A stretch of DNA of 64,000 nucleotides from Macrostomum hystrix. Its lineage: Eukaryota > Animalia > Platyhelminthes. Positions 36,701 to 51,700 of this stretch are shown here, in pieces (the first letter of the stretch is position 1; every line of letters begins with the position of its first letter). The notes beneath the pieces are model-generated. The model had not been told where the DNA came from, searched no databases, and worked only from the letters and a program-made list of their open reading frames with translations. The stretch covers positions 1,860,001 through 1,924,000 of the forward strand of contig CATNEN010000031.1 of assembly GCA_950097015.1 (NCBI GenBank). Reading direction: 5' to 3'. The translations under genes and the position numbers were made by a program.

Positions 36701-39700
36701 CAAGCTCTCCGTCAGCGTCGACCAGCACTCTGGCAGCGTTCTACCAGCAGTCCATCAAAATGTATGGAATTCGTTACAACTCACGGCACAGTCGCCGTTA
36801 ACGTCCAGCTGCAGGTCAATAGTTCGAACCCCGCCTTTGCTTATCAGCGGAATCGGACATAGCTCAGCCAGTCGCGTCTGCTTGACATCGTTCATCCAGG
36901 CCAGGATGGCTTGTCGGCCGTCGTCCTGGAAGCTGAGTTCGCAAATCAGCGGCTTGACACCGCTGGAATTAGGACCAACAGCCAACGAGATCGTTCTGCT
37001 GAAAAGTCAATGAGATCAACCGGTGGTGATCGTGAACTATCGGCAATTATGGTGACGTAGATACAGCCTATAAGAGCCAAAATTACAAAGTTAAATTACA
37101 CTAACTCTGAGGGCATGGAAACGTTTTTTCGACAATAAGCAGGTAATCTTTATATTTGCAATGAAGTTTTGTGTAAAACTAAATGCAATTAAAGTGTTTT
37201 GGTCCTTGAGAAGTGAACATAAAAATGGGTACTCTCGGGTGTCCAGTAAACTTTGTAAACAAGTGTACCAAGTGTAACAATGTTTAAAACTTTTAAATTC
37301 CCCAAGAAGCTCAATAAGGAAGTGGTTTTTCTTTCGTCCGAAAAACACCATTTTAGAGTTGAATAAGACTCATACCTATTAATATCTAGCAAACCATCTT
37401 GCTCCCACATTTCTAATACATTCCGTCACCGTCGAACACCCCCGCTAGCTATTGTTTTGCGCTTAGCCTGTACCTGACAAGATACGCTCGTTTCACATAG
37501 ATCTGTTTATTTCGCTTTAAATTTAACCTTGACTTAAATGACCAAAATCGCAGCTTATCAACCCATGCGTGGGCGTATAGGTAGTGTGCTAGTAAAGCAT
37601 TCTACAGCCATAATCTTCCAGTCAATACAATCTTTAAATTAAAATTTGTTGCCTTCATCTAACGAGGTTACGAGTCAGACATAAAATTAGCACATGGCCA
37701 GCCCAGTGGGCTATTGTTGATAAATATAGATTCGCAGGGTGGCTAGTGCACTCACGAGCCAGATCTGCTGTCGCTGGTATAAATTTCAGTTTCCGACACC
37801 AGAGTGAGCCGGATCAGCCTATTGGGGTGGGCCTGGTCGATGGCTGGCAGCCGGTTGCAGTACGGCAGCCACAGGCTGGTCGGGAAGCTGGCGGCGAGGA
37901 AGACGGCGCCAGAGCCTGCCAGGTGTAGATGTGTCGCTAGGTCCGGGTCAGCCTGGTGGCGCATGCTGGCACAATGTCCTGTGTCTAATGTCACGTAATA
38001 GTCCTCGAGGCGTCGAACAATTATCGACTCAAACGCGCGCCCGAGAATTTCTTTTGAAGCGTCTTTGCCGCAGTGTGTGCGCCCGGACTCCGAAGGTGGC
38101 GGTTCCGCCGATTCCTCTTCGCTCTGCAGCCCACCAGTGATGGTGCTCAAAGCCATGCCGCCGATGCAGCTGCGGGCTTCGCGGTCTGGAGTAACTCTGA
38201 CTAGCAATGGGACATCCGCGTTGGCTTGGTCGTTGCCAGACCTCAGCGAGATGCGGCACTCGCTGACAGCTGTCGCAGATGTCGGTGAGGGCAGCAGCCG
38301 TGACCAGACCTTGATCTGGCTACCAACTGGCAGCTGCCTTGGCAAGGCGATCGTTGAGCTGGCTCGCTGGTGGGTTGAGAGACGTTATAGCAATGAGCAA
38401 CACCATATTTATAGTAGATAGTTTAATCTGTACATAGTAGATCTGGACTCAAGCAAAACCTCACCATTTCTTTGATTTCTAAACCTTCCAGCATTAGATC
38501 GCCTTCGATGTACATGCTCATGATTTTTTGTGAGTCGAGCTTCATGGTGTATGTCATCAGGTACTCGCCGTTTATGTGAATCTGAATTTTTTACGCGGAA
38601 TAAAAGTGTACAAGCCACCTAATATTGCAGTTCTCAATTCCTAATAAATAAATAATAGAGCACCGAGACTTTTTAAAGTATGCACTCGCAGTTCTAGGAA
38701 GTGTACTTTCTAGGGGAGTGAGGAGCAGAGCGGTCAACGCGTTTTGCTCTTGCACCAAGGTCCTTGAGCCTGATTCCGCGGCGAGGCCAATTTCATGTGG
38801 GGCGCAGCCTCGGAGAGAAAGCTTGGGGGCTTGTTGTGCAATTTACGCCATTGAGGGCCAACCTCTAGGGCACAGTGAAAGTGTTTTACTGTCACTGCCT
38901 GACGATGAAAAAGTCAGGACAGATGTACACACCTGTGTTAGCCTGCGAACGGTTGCATTAATACGTGTACTCCTAGGAGTCAGCGAAATGGGCGGAATTG
39001 CCTCTTCACTGGCTGCGGGTCTAGGATCACCAAATGATGTGCCATTGCCCGCAGCCCTCATGCAGTTATTATTATTATTGTGTACTTTCTAAGACGTGTA
39101 AACGACAGCTGTGGCGCAGTGTTCGTGCTAATTATCTGCTAAGCGAACAAATTGCTGGTTCCACATGATAGCCTCGTGTACTACCCTCACCTGGACCAAT
39201 TGTCCGTGTAGTGTCAGCAGGACGCTGCGCAAAGCTGCCAACTGGGGCACTTCGCGCTGCTCTACCTCACGGATGAAGCCACCGCCGCCGCCACTGCGAA
39301 GCTCCGGATCGGCGCGGCCCACAGAGGCCATGAGGCTGGAGATGCTAAGCGCGCAGATCATAGCCTCGCCATCGGCCAGGCCCAGCAACAGGCCGGTGGA
39401 GCTGCTCTCTGGCTGCACGCGAAGCTGTACGGACTCAACAAGGCTGAGCGGACAGGCCAGTTGTTCGCGCAGTGGCAGTTCCAAGCGCTCGTGAAATTCC
39501 ACGCTCGTGTACTCACATTCCGGGTGAAGAATGACGTGTGTGAAAGAGGACACGGCTACATGATGAGGAACAATGCACTCAGTGTCCATCAAGATTGCCT
39601 AAAAACAAATGGATTAAATTAATTCCAAATAGTTTTTCTTCATTAACTGAAGAGAACTAAACCTGACACGCTGCATGCATATCTTAATCTTAATTCTGTA

Positions 39701-42700
39701 CCGCATTCTTGTGTACAGCTGGCATTACTAGTAGCTGTGACTCTGGGGTACCCCTTTGTATTTCCTAGCCAAAGCTGGAACCTATAGTCTCCTATACGAG
39801 CGCGCATGCTTCGGTGCAACGGAAAGCATAGAGGGAAAGCCGAGTGCTAATTGCTGCACAAATAAACAAATAAACAAATAAACAAATAAACAAATAAACA
39901 AAAAAACAAATAAACAAACAAACAAAAAAACAAATACAGAAATAAACAAATAAACAAATAAACAAATAAACAAATAACAAGGGAGATTAATATTCTCCTC
40001 AATTTCGATGCCTAAATTATACTCTCGTATAAAAAATGTAAAGCGAATAAATTTATTTTATCTCTTACACATAGTCCCGATCGCCTAAACCGAATCTCAA
40101 GTCGAAATGCATCAATCAGACGCGGTGGCAGAAGCACCTTGGCTTCGCTGACGCAGTGGCCGCAGATCAGCTGGCTGGTCTGCAGTAGCGACGGCTTATC
40201 AGTACCGCCAGGCGCTGAAACTTGCAGCTCGAACGCTTGCGCTCCAGGCGAATAGTCAAGATTCTCGAGTGACAGTTTCAGTCTGATTTCGAATTGTTTA
40301 CGAATTCATATTATGCAAATCAATGATCACTGTGAACAAATGTGCTTATCGACTCACCTAGCCGTCGCGTTAGTCATGACTCCGCAGATCACAATGCTGT
40401 GCCCGTATCGAATTCGCACCGGTAGTCGCGCCGTGAACGGCGTCAACTAAAATCGAGAAAATTTTATTACCCACGTATCCTGATTCTGTTATAGAACAAA
40501 ATATTCGTATCAACAAATGCAAATGGGCAGCCGAGTAAAGGCTACAAAAATAATTTGAAGCAATCTATTTAAAAGGCTTTATCTTGGAATCCTACCGGCT
40601 TCAATGTTGAAAATTCTCTTTCAGTAGCTGGCCTATCGACAGTAGCAGCAATGGGTTCGTTGAGCGGCTTGAGCTTTGATACATCACTGCCGCACAGGCT
40701 GCCTTCGCTGCGATTCTGTTGCTCACTTTTGACCTGGCTGTTGTCGTCTGCCCCGATCCCTCTGCTTTGCCGACTATCTCCTCGCGGCCTTTTGGGCCTG
40801 ACTCTGCGACGGCCTGCTTTGGATCGTGTCGGTGTGGGCGCTGAAAACTTTTTGGCCAGTCTGTCCTTGAATGAATCGCTACTGCAGCAACTGCTGCTCC
40901 CGTCGTCACTGAGGGAGCTGTCGCTATCTCTGCTCGCTGCTCGGCCACCTTTGACGAAGCCGCTGGAGCCTTGGAGGTTGTAGGAAGTGTAGCGAAACAT
41001 GCCGAGACTAGCCGCACTCTCAGCCTGGGCTGGAGCCAGCTTAGTGCCTTGTATGTCAGCTGGCCCTGACATGGTGGAACCAGTCAGTCTGCTAGCAACA
41101 GCGTCTCGGCCGTGAATTTTCTCCATGGCTGCCCTCAGCTCGGCCTGCGGTTTCGCTAACCCTCTTTTATTCTTCAGCTTAGCTGCGGTATCCAGATATT
41201 CAGCAGGCAAGCCGAGGATTCTTGCATCAGTGTGTTGATTGTTAGCCACCTGGGATATAAAGAATAGTGTGGAAATGCGCTTTGACGATTCGCCTATTGA
41301 ATAACCTGTTACTTAGTTAGTAGTATATAAGAAAACAAACCACTCGTTTAGAAGATGCAACGAGTAAATTTTCATCCTCTAATAAGAAAACAAGGCTTGA
41401 GACATTTTTAAAGATTTACGAAGCAAGATTGCTTCTTTGCAGGGGGATGTACTTTAATCTAAATGGCTGTTGCAGAGGTCAGGAAGGGACTAAGCAACAC
41501 GCAATGAACAAACTGCTTTAAAAGAACGCTGTGTATACGTAGAAGTATTACGTCGATTAAATACTACCGTAGTAAGCACCCACTCGACTTTCTTTATTCA
41601 ATGCGGTCGTTTCATAAATGTAAGGGTAAATATATAGAAATATTTTCTTCCTGTAAAATTACCTACAAAGGTGGATTCACTTTAAGACTCCGCCCACACA
41701 CAGAAACAATATACAAGCAGATGTCTGCTGACCAATAACTTTTCAAATTCTGCGCATCAATCCGTTTATCACGCCTCACGTCTGTCAACAGCGGAAATGT
41801 GAATTAAATAGTCACTATGGCAAAGAAGCTCACAAAGTCATCCGCCAGGAGCTGCTGTCCGTCCTCATCGTCTTCTTGGCTTTCATCCTCGCTAGCTGAC
41901 AGGCGACCCGGCTGCTGGTCCACTTCATCCAAGCGGCTCTGCTCAATCGTGTCGAGAATTTTCTCCGAAAACTTCAGCTTTTTGCTTGGAAGCGCTGAAA
42001 AAGCAATCTGATGCACAGTCGGCATCGACTCGCTGGGCTCGCTTGAGACAATCTCTTGCATCTTTTGCGGAAAATCGCTAGCGACAAGAGCATTTCTTTC
42101 GGATTCAGAAGATGCAACGAGAAAATGTTGATCCTCTTCAAATAAATACTCTGGTCCTCGCAGCGCATTTGAACCCGACTCCAAATCAGCGAACTCGATC
42201 GATTTCAGCAGTACTGCAGGCTCTTCTGAATTTCCGCAGCTCTCTCGCCTCTCGATATTTTCGCCACGATCATAACCTTTCGTTTTGTCTTCTGGATCTC
42301 GATGTTCAATACAGCGTGAGGCTTTACTTAACGGTGTATTATCGTTAGCGACTTCACAATTTGCGCTGTGCCTGCTCCTGGCGTCTTCGACATTGAGCAA
42401 CTCATCTGTCCCCTTCGACAGAGGATTACCCGATGAAGCTGCATACACAGACAAGTTTTCATTTTGTAGCGTCTTAGCGATATGCTCAAAGGAACTTAAT
42501 TGGTCTCCTGGTTCGAACGATTCTTTCAGTGCTTTTGAAGGAGCTGCCACATCAGCAGCATATCTTGAATTAATGTGTTCTTCAATAATTAGTTTTGAAT
42601 CATCTTCACTCCGAAGATCGGCACCAATATGAGTCGAGAAATCCATTTGATTAGCTCTAGCAGAGAGCCCTAAGCTCTCTGAGCAGTTTTGTAAGTGGCT

Positions 42701-45700
42701 GATCGATTGATCATGCTGCTCCTTAGCTTCTTCCTTTCGAATGGGTATGACCACAGCGCAAAAACTTATATTTTCAGAAGGCAATGGCTCGGAATAGTCT
42801 TGTTGCATGCTGTTGGTGAGGCATTGATCCATATCAACTAAGGTATTATCATTTGAAGGCTGTCTTTCGAGAATTTCATCCAAATCAACATCACATATTT
42901 CGAGACCTAGGCTAGTGCTTTCTTCCAACAAATTTCTGCGATTTGATAGTTCAAAGTTATCTTCGACTAAACGCAAGAGTTCATTAGGATGCTCAATATG
43001 GTCAGTTGACAACGACCGCTTAAAAATATCATCCAGGTCACTTTCAGAAGAACTGCAAACGATCGACCTAGGATGCACACCTACATACTTCGGATAGCCA
43101 AATTTATCTTTCGACGTTTCGTCAACGTCAATATTCAGTACGTCCGGTTGTGAATCTGCCAAGAGAAGTTCGACCGACAAACTCTCCAGTAGAAAAGTAC
43201 TAAGTTCGGCATCAAAATCAATACTTTGAATAAATTCCTTAGTAGCATCCTCACGAACAACACGAACATCTCGCATCAACGCAGCCGAGCGGTGCGAATT
43301 AGAAATAACGCTAGCATTATGACATTTCAAGGAATCTTTACCTCCAGATGGCTCCGTTTCCAGCGAGACACCGTCTACCAAAACTTGATTTGAGTACTTC
43401 CTTTTATAACTTCCATCACGTCCTGCTTCTTCAACGCCATCAAAGTCAGTAAAATCGCAACTACCTCCATGCCGCTTAAAAACACCAAGAAACCGACCAA
43501 AGGCGCTCTTTATTGGCTTCGAATTCACTGAAATTGACACCTCCTCAGGACAAGCAGACCCAGTTTCATGTAAGTTATTCGACTTCTTATAATCAGAAAA
43601 CACCTCGACTCTCTGGACTTCGTAATCATCGTCAGATCGTTGCATTTGTCGAGCGAGCTGATCCTCGTCAGTCTGCAGTGCGTCCTTTGCCTTGTTCAAA
43701 GCATCAGATGACATGCTCTCGTCATGTCGCTGCTCGATCGGAGGTTCCGCTAGCTCCAATGATAGCAGCTGATCTTCGAACTCGATCTTGACATCGTCAG
43801 GCTCTTGCTCGAGTCGCCTCACCAACTCGGCAAGGTCAGCGTTCTCGACTGCCAATGTCTCGTCTTTCTTGACATCGTCATCATCGTCAGATCGTTGCAG
43901 TTGTCGAGCGAGCTGATCCTCGCCAGTCTGCACTGCGTCCTTTGCCTTGCTCAAAGCATCAGATATGCTTTCGTCATGTCGCTGCTCGATCGGAGGTTCC
44001 GCTAGCTCCAATGATAGCAGCTGATCTTCGAACTCGATCTTGACATCGTCAGGCTCTTGCTCGAGTCGCCTCACCAACTCGACAATGGCAGCGTTCTCGA
44101 CTGCCAATGTCTCGTCTTTCTCGACATCGTCATAATCGTCAGATCGTTGCAGTTGTCGAGCGAGCTGAGCCTCGCCAGTCTGCAGGTCGTGCTTTGCCTT
44201 GTTCAAAGCATCAGATGACATGCTCTCGTCATGTCGCTGCTCGATCGGAGGTTCCGCTAGCTCCAATGATAGCAGCTGATCTTCGAACTCGATCTTGACA
44301 TCGTCAGGCTCTTGCTCGAGTCGCCTCACCAACTCGACAATGGCAGCGTTCTCGACTGCCAATGTCTCGTCTTTCTCGACATCGTCGTCATCGTCAGATC
44401 GTTGCAGTTGTCGAGCGAGCTGAGCCTCGTCAGTCTGCAGGTCGTGCTTTGCCTTGTTCAAAGCATCAGATGAGATGCTCTCGTCATGTCGCTGCTCGAT
44501 CGGAGGTTCCGCTAGCTCCAATGATAGCAGCTGATCTTCGAACTCGATCTTGACATCGTCAGGCTCTTGCTCGAGTCGCCTCACCAACTCGACAATGGCA
44601 GCGTTCTCGACTGCCAAGGTCTCGCCTATTTTAGTCTGATCTGAATTTTTGAGCTTCTTCTGTGCTCGTGGAACTGACTCGCTGTTCGTCACTGTTTCTG
44701 TATACTCGTCAATTCGCCTACTCGAGTGACTTGCGTCTTGATCCTTGTGTAGATGAGGATTCACCATCTCTAGCGAAATTTTCTCATCATGAAGCGTGTC
44801 AGTTTCTAAATTTCGCAAATCGTCGGCCTGTCTATGAAGTTGCTTCCATTGTGTAGAGTGCTCATCGCGTTTGTCTTCGCCTAATTCCAGCGCACTGGAA
44901 CCATCTTCCGATGCAGTTCTGCCCCTGTCTTGCTCTCTCCATTGTGCCACTTGGCTTGATTGCTTCCTGCGAAAGCTTCCTTCTTTTTCGGCATTATCGT
45001 AGGTTTCAAAGTCTGAAACGTTATATGACCCCCTATGTCGTTTGAATACGCCCAAGAGCTTTCCGAACACGTTCCTTTTGTGCCTCGGCGAATTAGAGGA
45101 CTCGCGCGGCATCGTTGCCAAAGAATCAGAACTCAGACTCTTGTCGGCAATTGTAGCACTCACACTAATACTGTGTGGTCTTATTACTGGTTTTGCAGTC
45201 CTTGACAAATCCTCACCAGACGTGTGTCGCATCTTCACTCTCGTTTCAAGGGGCTGAAATTCTGCACTTCCGAGGGACAGCCGCTTTACTATCCGACTGG
45301 GCTTTCTTTGCTCAAGTTCAACAGACATACTCTCGTTTACATTGCTAACGAGAAGTTCAGAAGAAGACTCGCTTTGAACAAGGACTTCTTTATGCTCAAT
45401 AGCGCGCTCATATTCGAGCGATGTCTGCGCAGCAGCTGCTTCTAAAGAGCAGCTCACATCTTGAACGAGTTGAATTAGCTTTTCTTCAAGCTCCACTGAT
45501 AGCTGTTGATCTTCGAACTCGATCTTGACATCGTCAGGCTCTTGCTCGAGTCGCCTCACCAACTCGACAATGTCAGCGTTCTCGACTGCCAATGTCTCGC
45601 CTTTCTCGACATCGTCATCATCGTCAGATCGTTGCAGTTGTCGAGCGAGCTGATCCTCGTCAGTCTGCAGGTCGTGCTTTGCCTTGTTCAAAGCATCAGA

Positions 45701-48700
45701 TGACATGCTCTCGTCATGTCGCTGCTCGATCGGAGGTTCCGCTAGCTCCACTGATAGCAGCTGATCTTCGAACTCGATCTTGACATCGTCAGGCTCTTGC
45801 TCGAGTCGCCTCACCAACTCGACAATGGCAGCGTTCTCGACTGCCAATGTCTCGTCTTTCTCGACATCGTCGTCATCGTCAGATCGTTGCAGTTGTCGAG
45901 CGAGCTGATCCTCGTCAGTCTGCAGTGCGTCCTTTGCCTTGTTCAAAGCATCAGATGACATGCTCTCGTCATGTCGCTGCTCGATCGGAGGTTCCGCTAG
46001 CTCCACTGATAGCAGCTGATCTTCGAACTCGATCTTGACATCGTCAGGCTCTTGCTCGAGTCGCCTCACCAACTCGACAATGGCAGCGTTCTCGACTGCC
46101 AATGTCTCGTCTTTCTCGACATCGTCATCATCGTCAGATCGTTGCAGTTGTCGAGCGAGCTGATCCTCGTCAGTCTGCAGTGCGTCCTTTGCCTTGTTCA
46201 AAGCATCAGATGAGATGCTCTCGTCATGTCGCTGCTCGATCGGAGGTTCCGCTAGCTCCACTGATAGCAGCTGATCTTCGAACTCGATCTTGACATCGTC
46301 AGGCTCTTGCTCGAGTCGCCTCACCAACTCGACAATGGCAGCGTTCTCGACTGCCAAGGTCTCGCCTATTTTAGTCTGATCTGAATTTTTGAGCTTCTTC
46401 TGTGCTCGTGGAACTGACTCGCTGTTCGTCACTGTTTCTGTATACTCGTCAATTCGCCTACTCGAGTGACTTGCGTCTTGATCCTTGTGTAGATGAGGAT
46501 TCACCATCTCTAGCGAAATTTTCTCATCATGAAGCGTGTCAGTTTCTAAATTTCGCAAATCGTCGGCCTGTCTATGAAGTTGCTTCCATTGTGTAGAGTG
46601 CTCATCGCGTTTGTCTTCGCCTAATTCCAGCGCACTGGAACCATCTTCCGATGCAGTTCTGCCCCTGTCTTGCTCTCTCCATTGTGCCACTTGGCTTGAT
46701 TGCTTCCTGCGAAAGCTTCCTTCTTTTTCGGCATTATCGTAGGTTTCAAAGTCTGAAACGTTATATGACCCCCTATGTCGTTTGAATACGCCCAAGAGCT
46801 TTCCGAACACGTTCCTTTTGTGCCTCGGCGAATTAGAGGACTCGCGCGGCATCGTTGCCAAAGAATCAGAACTCAGACTCTTGTCGGCAATTGTAGCACT
46901 CACACTAATACTGTGTGGTCTTATTACTGGTTTTGCAGTCCTTGACAAATCCTCACCAGACGTGTGTCGCATCTTCACTCTCGTTTCAAGGGGCTGAAAT
47001 TCTGCACTTCCGAGGGACAGCCGCTTTACTATCCGACTGGGCTTTCTTTGCTCAAGTTCAACAGACATACTCTCGTTTACATTGCTAACGAGAAGTTCAG
47101 AAGAAGACTCGCTTTGAACAAGGACTTCTTTATGCTCAATAGCGCGCTCATATTCGAGCGATGTCTGCGCAGCAGCTGCTTCTAAAGAGCAGCTCACATC
47201 TTGAACGAGTTGAATTAGCTTTTCTTCAAGCTCCACTGATAGCTGTTGATCTTCGAACTCGATCTTGACATCGTCAGGCTCTTGCTCGAGTCGCCTCACC
47301 AACTCGACAATGTCAGCGTTCTCGACTGCCAATGTCTCGCCTTTCTCGACATCGTCATCATCGTCAGATCGTTGCAGTTGTCGAGCGAGCTGATCCTCGT
47401 CAGTCTGCAGGTCGTGCTTTGCCTTGTTCAAAGCATCAGATGACATGCTCTCGTCATGTCGCTGCTCGATCGGAGGTTCCGCTAGCTCCACTGATAGCAG
47501 CTGATCTTCGAACTCGATCTTGACATCGTCAGGCTCTTGCTCGAGTCGCCTCACCAACTCGACAATGGCAGCGTTCTCGACTGCCAATGTCTCGTCTTTC
47601 TCGACATCGTCGTCATCGTCAGATCGTTGCAGTTGTCGAGCGAGCTGATCCTCGTCAGTCTGCAGTGCGTCCTTTGCCTTGTTCAAAGCATCAGATGACA
47701 TGCTCTCGTCATGTCGCTGCTCGATCGGAGGTTCCGCTAGCTCCACTGATAGCAGCTGATCTTCGAACTCGATCTTGACATCGTCAGGCTCTTGCTCGAG
47801 TCGCCTCACCAACTCGACAATGGCAGCGTTCTCGACTGCCAATGTCTCGTCTTTCTCGACATCGTCATCATCGTCAGATCGTTGCAGTTGTCGAGCGAGC
47901 TGATCCTCGTCAGTCTGCAGTGCGTCCTTTGCCTTGTTCAAAGCATCAGATGAGATGCTCTCGTCATGTCGCTGCTCGATCGGAGGTTCCGCTAGCTCCA
48001 CTGATAGCAGCTGATCTTCGAACTCGATCTTGACATCGTCAGGCTCTTGCTCGAGTCGCCTCACCAACTCGACAATGGCAGCGTTCTCGACTGCCAATGT
48101 CTCGTCTTTCTCGACATCGTCGTCATCGTCAGATCGTTGCAGTTGTCGAGCGAGCTGAGCCTCGTCAGTCTGCAGGTCGTGCTTTGCCTTGTTCAAAGCA
48201 TCAGATGAGATGCCCTCGTCATGTCGCTGCTCGATCGGAGGTTCCGCTAGCTCCACTGATAGCAGCTGATCTTCGAACTCGATCTTGACATCGTCAGGCT
48301 CTTGCTCGAGTCGCCTCACCAACTCGACAATGTCAGCGTTCTCGACTGCCAATGTCTCGCCTTTCTCGACATCGTCATCATCGTCAGATCGTTGCAGTTG
48401 TCGAGCGAGCTGATCCTCGTCAGTCTGCAGGTCGTGCTTTGCCTTGTTCAAAGCATCAGATGACATGCTCTCGTCATGTCGCTGCTCGATCGGAGGTTCC
48501 GCTAGCTCCACTGATAGCAGCTGATCTTCGAACTCGATCTTGACATCGTCAGGCTCTTGCTCGAGTCGCCTCACCAACTCGACAATGGCAGCGTTCTCGA
48601 CTGCCAATGTCTCGTCTTTCTCGACATCGTCGTCATCGTCAGATCGTTGCAGTTGTCGAGCGAGCTGATCCTCGTCAGTCTGCAGTGCGTCCTCTGCCTT

Positions 48701-51700
48701 GTTCAAAGCATCAGATGACATGCTCTCGTCATGTCGCTGCTCGATCGGAGGTTCCGCTAGCTCCACTGATAGCAGCTGATCTTCGAACTCGATCTTGACA
48801 TCGTCAGGCTCTTGCTCGAGTCGCCTCACCAACTCGACAATGGCAGCGTTCTCGACTGCCAATGTCTCGTCTTTCTCGACATCGTCGTCATCGTCAGATC
48901 GTTGCAGTTGTCGAGCGAGCTGAGCCTCGTCAGTCTGCAGGTCGTGCTTTGCCTTGTTCAAAGCATCAGATGAGATGCCCTCGTCATGTCGCTGCTCGAT
49001 CGGAGGTTCCGCTAGCTCCACTGATAGCAGCTGATCTTCGAACTCGATCTTGACATCGTCAGGCTCTTGCTCGAGTCGCCTCACCAACTCGACAATGTCA
49101 GCGTTCTCGACTGCCAATGTCTCGCCTTTCTCGACATCGTCATCATCGTCAGATCGTTGCAGTTGTCGAGCGAGCTGATCCTCGTCAGTCTGCAGGTCGT
49201 GCTTTGCCTTGTTCAAAGCATCAGATGACATGCTCTCGTCATGTCGCTGCTCGATCGGAGGTTCCGCTAGCTCCACTGATAGCAGCTGATCTTCGAACTC
49301 GATCTTGACATCGTCAGGCTCTTGCTCGAGTCGCCTCACCAACTCGACAATGGCAGCGTTCTCGACTGCCAATGTCTCGTCTTTCTCGACATCGTCGTCA
49401 TCGTCAGATCGTTGCAGTTGTCGAGCGAGCTGAGCCTCGTCAGTCTGCAGGTCGTGCTTTGCCTTGTTCAAAGCATCAGATGAGATGCTCTCGTCATGTC
49501 GCTGCTCGATCGGAGGTTCCGCTAGCTCCACTGATAGCAGCTGATCTTCGAACTCGATCTTGACATCGTCAGGCTCTTGCTCGAGTCGCCTCACCAACTC
49601 GACAATGGCAGCGTTCTCGACTGCCAATGTCTCGTCTTTCTCGACATCGTCGTCATCGTCAGATCGTTGCAGTTGTCGAGCGAGCTGAGCCTCGTCAGTC
49701 TGCAGGTCGTGCTTTGCCTTGTTCAAAGCATCAGATGAGATGCTCTCGTCATGTCGCTGCTCGATCGGAGGTTCCGCTAGCTCCACTGATAGCAGCTGAT
49801 CTTCGAACTCGATCTTGACATCGTCAGGCTCTTGCTCGAGTCGCCTCACCAACTCGACAATGGCAGCGTTCTCGACTGCCAATGTCTCGTCTTTCTCGAC
49901 ATCGTCGTCATCGTCAGATCGTTGCAGTTGTCGAGCGAGCTGAGCCTCGTCAGTCTGCAGGTCGTGCTTTGCCTTGTTCAAAGCATCAGATGAGATGCTC
50001 TCGTCATGTCGCTGCTCGATCGGAGGTTCCGCTAGCTCCACTGATAGCAGCTGATCTTCGAACTCGATCTTGACATCGTCAGGCTCTTGCTCGAGTCGCC
50101 TCACCAACTCGACAATGGCAGCGTTCTCGACTGCCAATGTCTCGTCTTTCTCGACATCGTCATCATCGTCAGATCGTTGCAGTTGTCGAGCGAGCTGATC
50201 CTCGTCAGTCTGCAGTGCGTCCTTTGCCTTGTTCAAAGCATCAGATGAGATGCTCTCGTCATGTCGCTGCTCGATCGGAGGTTCCGCTAGCTCCACTGAT
50301 AGCAGCTGATCTTCGAACTCGATCTTGACATCGTCAGGCTCTTGCTCGAGTCGCCTCACCAACTCGACAATGGCAGCGTTCTCGACTGCCAAGGTCTCGC
50401 CTATTTTAGTCTGATCTGAATTTTTGAGCTTCTTCTGTGCTCGTGGAACTGACTCGCTGTTCGTCACTGTTTCTGTATACTCGTCAATTCGCCTACTCGA
50501 GTGACTTGCGTCTTGATCCTTGTGTAGATGAGGATTCACCATCTCTAGCGAAATTTTCTCATCATGAAGCGTGTCAGTTTCTAAATTTCGCATATCGTCG
50601 GCCTGTCTATGAAGTTGCTTCCATTGTGTAGAGTGCTCATCGCGTTTGTCTTCGCCTAATTCCAGCGCACTGGAACCATCTTCCGATGCAGTTCTGCCCC
50701 TGTCTTGCTCTCTCCATTGTGCCACTTGGCTTGATTGCTTCCTGCGAAAGCTTCCTTCTTTTTCGGCATTATCGTAGGTTTCAAAGTCTGAAACGTTATA
50801 TGACCCCCTATGTCGTTTGAATACGCCCAAGAGCTTTCCGAACACGTTCCTTTTGTGCCTCGGCGAATTAGAAGACTCGCGCGGCATCGTTGCCAAAGAA
50901 TCAGAACTCAGACTCTTGTCGGCAATTGTAGCACTCACACTAATACTGTGTGGTCTTATTACTGGTTTTGCAGTCCTTGACAAATCCTCACCAGACGTGT
51001 GTCGCATCTTCACTCTCGTTTCAAGGGGCTGAAATTCTGCACTTCCGAGGGACAGCCGCTTTACTATCCGACTGGGCTTTCTTTGCTCAAGTTCAACAGA
51101 CATACTCTCGTTTACATTGCTAACGAGAAGTTCAGAAGAAGACTCGCTTTGAACAAGGACTTCTTTATGCTCAATAGCGCGCTCATATTCGAGCGATGTC
51201 TGCGCAGCAGCTGCTTCTAAAGAGCAGCTCACATCTTGAACGAGTTGAATTAGCTTTTCTTCAAGCTCCACTGATAGCTGTTGATCTTCGAACTCGATCT
51301 TGACATCGTCAGGCTCTTGCTCGAGTCGCCTCACCAACTCGACAATGTCAGCGTTCTCGACTGCCAATGTCTCGCCTTTCTCGACATCGTCATCATCGTC
51401 AGATCGTTGCAGTTGTCGAGCGAGCTGATCCTCGTCAGTCTGCAGGTCGTGCTTTGCCTTGTTCAAAGCATCAGATGACATGCTCTCGTCATGTCGCTGC
51501 TCGATCGGAGGTTCCGCTAGCTCCACTGATAGCAGCTGATCTTCGAACTCGATCTTGACATCGTCAGGCTCTTGCTCGAGTCGCCTCACCAACTCGACAA
51601 TGGCAGCGTTCTCGACTGCCAATGTCTCGTCTTTCTCGACATCGTCGTCATCGTCAGATCGTTGCAGTTGTCGAGCGAGCTGATCCTCGTCAGTCTGCAG

